64,000 bases of DNA, from assembly GCF_041146345.1 (NCBI RefSeq), contig NW_027191417.1, forward strand, positions 186,001 to 250,000, in the 5' to 3' direction. The notes under the pieces are model-generated. The model had not been told where the DNA came from and searched no databases. It saw only the letters and a program-made list of their open reading frames with translations. Origin of the DNA: Neodothiora populina. Its lineage: Eukaryota. A program made the translations under genes and the position numbers. This document shows positions 63,401-64,000 of the stretch, piece after piece (the first letter of the stretch is position 1; every line of letters begins with the position of its first letter).

Positions 63401-64000
63401 CGTCCAGCATGTCAAACGGCCCTAGAAGAACAGCGAGCGACAGTTCCGAGTTTCTGCGTCTGAAGCGCGGTAGACGCGACTGGGAGGCTGACGCAGGAGA
63501 CGGAGAGGATCCACGCTGGGCGCCCTACCGCGATGAACCAGACCTGGGCGATTGGGGAGAGGGCATGGTACCGGACATCGTGCTGCAGCGATACTACGAC
63601 GTCGATAAGCCTCTACCTCCTATCACAGGCCCGAATGGCGTCGGAAAGAGGGGACATGGCAGGAACCGAAGTGGAACAGTGCTCAGCTCGCGCAGGCCCG
63701 TCGATAGTGCCATGGATGTAGATCTGCGCCGGGATGCGGGCTCACGACAAGAACCAAGAAAAGCTGGCCCAGACGGCGACGAGGACGGCGAAGGCGATTG
63801 GGACGTCGAAGGGGCGATCGCCAAACGAGACGTCCAGGTCATGTTCACCTTACCCAAAGCTCGCTTACGAGTCGTTAATGCGGACCCGGAGAGTGCGAGC
63901 CAAAGAAGCGTCAGTGGAGGCAGTGCTGCAGCCGTCAATGTGGTGACAGCAATCAATGATCCTACTGCTGTCACCGCGGCTCAGCAGCAGCAGCTTCTGC
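60469..64000 (+). CDS. Kelch/galactose-oxidase-type beta-propeller, single-pass type I membrane protein (3' end beyond the window)
   Basis: Uninterrupted frame of >1170 codons. Signal-like N-terminus, LPYNPTRI, Kelch blades (YTYGGMCP, FVLIGGHT, PRSGHTA..IVMFGGW, LYGHGA..MMLSGG), TM helix AGLGVGLVVGVVLIVGLVAYYFW followed by RARRQKKKR, and a long Ser/Arg-rich tail. Confidence 0.9.
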   Translation, partial: MLRRRLPPHVLGILTLATAQNIAASELPYNPTRIFHANASSYAYVIQPDTDSNGQAQLISVDVTSTLEASSFSKTTLYSTLPFLEQDSNAALLSVADNGGNITLVSGDCSSQAPPQIWTFTPDPKAKKGNGTWTQQTLSSQDALGGVRFLGGGMAYSEIANGNSSDTNLYTYGGMCPTEGATAATWTTAANYTHQTVEFTVEQASSGNTSYAAKAIAGRGPPVAEAGFSLTPLVPSYSADTTDATQQQSFVLIGGHTNGAFINMSQVAMFSLPQQSWTFLGIDSVGSASSKAKKRLSARSSSNSVVEPRSGHTAVLSEDGDSIVMFGGWVGDVTTPAKPQLAILELGSGFGGDGDWAWNVPTSGSANLTGSGLYGHGAVMLPGGVMMLSGGFSIPSPSATSRMFRRATTATNTQTLFYNVTSSTWLSSYDPPAAATSSYSSLGSNEKSKSLSTPGQKAGLGVGLVVGVVLIVGLVAYYFWRARRQKKKRENRLSDKEGLVRRSDTFGNNWYAGSDTGIDGRGGSVAAGGMWGEKPSTAAEGYASLPQNYSEQPVPESRRDVERSGVLVNVPSPTRGLRKNGPTRAQYQYHAAPRYEDGRVSRSSGNIHPIEERDEEEDRTSATGGMKPLTLVERNFGPAAGAHGGDKRQDDPFKDPPPNPLRSHPVSPEIGPPVGSTVRRSITNATNATNISNITTGTDQVSNWIREWTASYAAAMRPTSDNPASNSSGRVSPTKTDERTSSNLSEQSNRSGISAGATSVARTSSTRSAMFFGLSGRPSITPSHTPIESTFPNNISGPSRSGSPIRNEFRSHSGHHLVAERPYAQRSTTADSYSTAATTWGQLMEQGEALLGTASPTHNTRKYDTAIAPLNYPKRRNGQKPGQLPHEQSDSYLLANAGPTPPIPPRRRLGWMGSLRRALGTYDRSFSSAAPLNPHHGDSKSMPPPMQEYYDHIASIRSNSTSPNRGQRAGAHSRAGASSSMSNGPRRTASDSSEFLRLKRGRRDWEADAGDGEDPRWAPYRDEPDLGDWGEGMVPDIVLQRYYDVDKPLPPITGPNGVGKRGHGRNRSGTVLSSRRPVDSAMDVDLRRDAGSRQEPRKAGPDGDEDGEGDWDVEGAIAKRDVQVMFTLPKARLRVVNADPESASQRSVSGGSAAAVNVVTAINDPTAVTAAQQQQLL

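Overview
Gene-dense 64 kb segment of a filamentous ascomycete (Pezizomycotina) genome. It has short GT-AG introns with CTRAY branch points and many microsatellites. I reconstructed about 20 spliced protein-coding genes by hand, in order: a conserved Ser-rich hypothetical protein, mitochondrial methionyl-tRNA formyltransferase (FMT1), RPL31, an SPF45-like G-patch/RRM splicing factor, an ACS-family MFS permease, a SUR7/PalI protein, a GPI-anchored PI-PLC-X protein, peroxisomal acyl-CoA oxidase, an NDT1-like mitochondrial carrier, QCR7, MAG1 glycosylase, ECM33, ANP1, a Zn2Cys6 transcription factor, an AFG1-like ATPase, CCZ1, RPS23, a Cys-rich GPI protein, a second mitochondrial carrier, and a >1170-codon Kelch-type transmembrane protein that runs off the window end and is missing from the ORF track. 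I found no tRNA, rRNA, CRISPR array or intact transposon. The most unusual observation is at FMT1. Its normal stop codon lies inside a candidate 54-nt intron, and splicing it fuses on a diverged second copy of the formyltransferase C-terminal domain. Other signals are two motifs shared by both ribosomal-protein promoters, an inverted pair of FarA/FarB-type sites upstream of acyl-CoA oxidase, a UGA-CUA readthrough context, and a decayed 15-bp coding minisatellite with G-quadruplex potential. All product names come from recognised motifs, not database searches.
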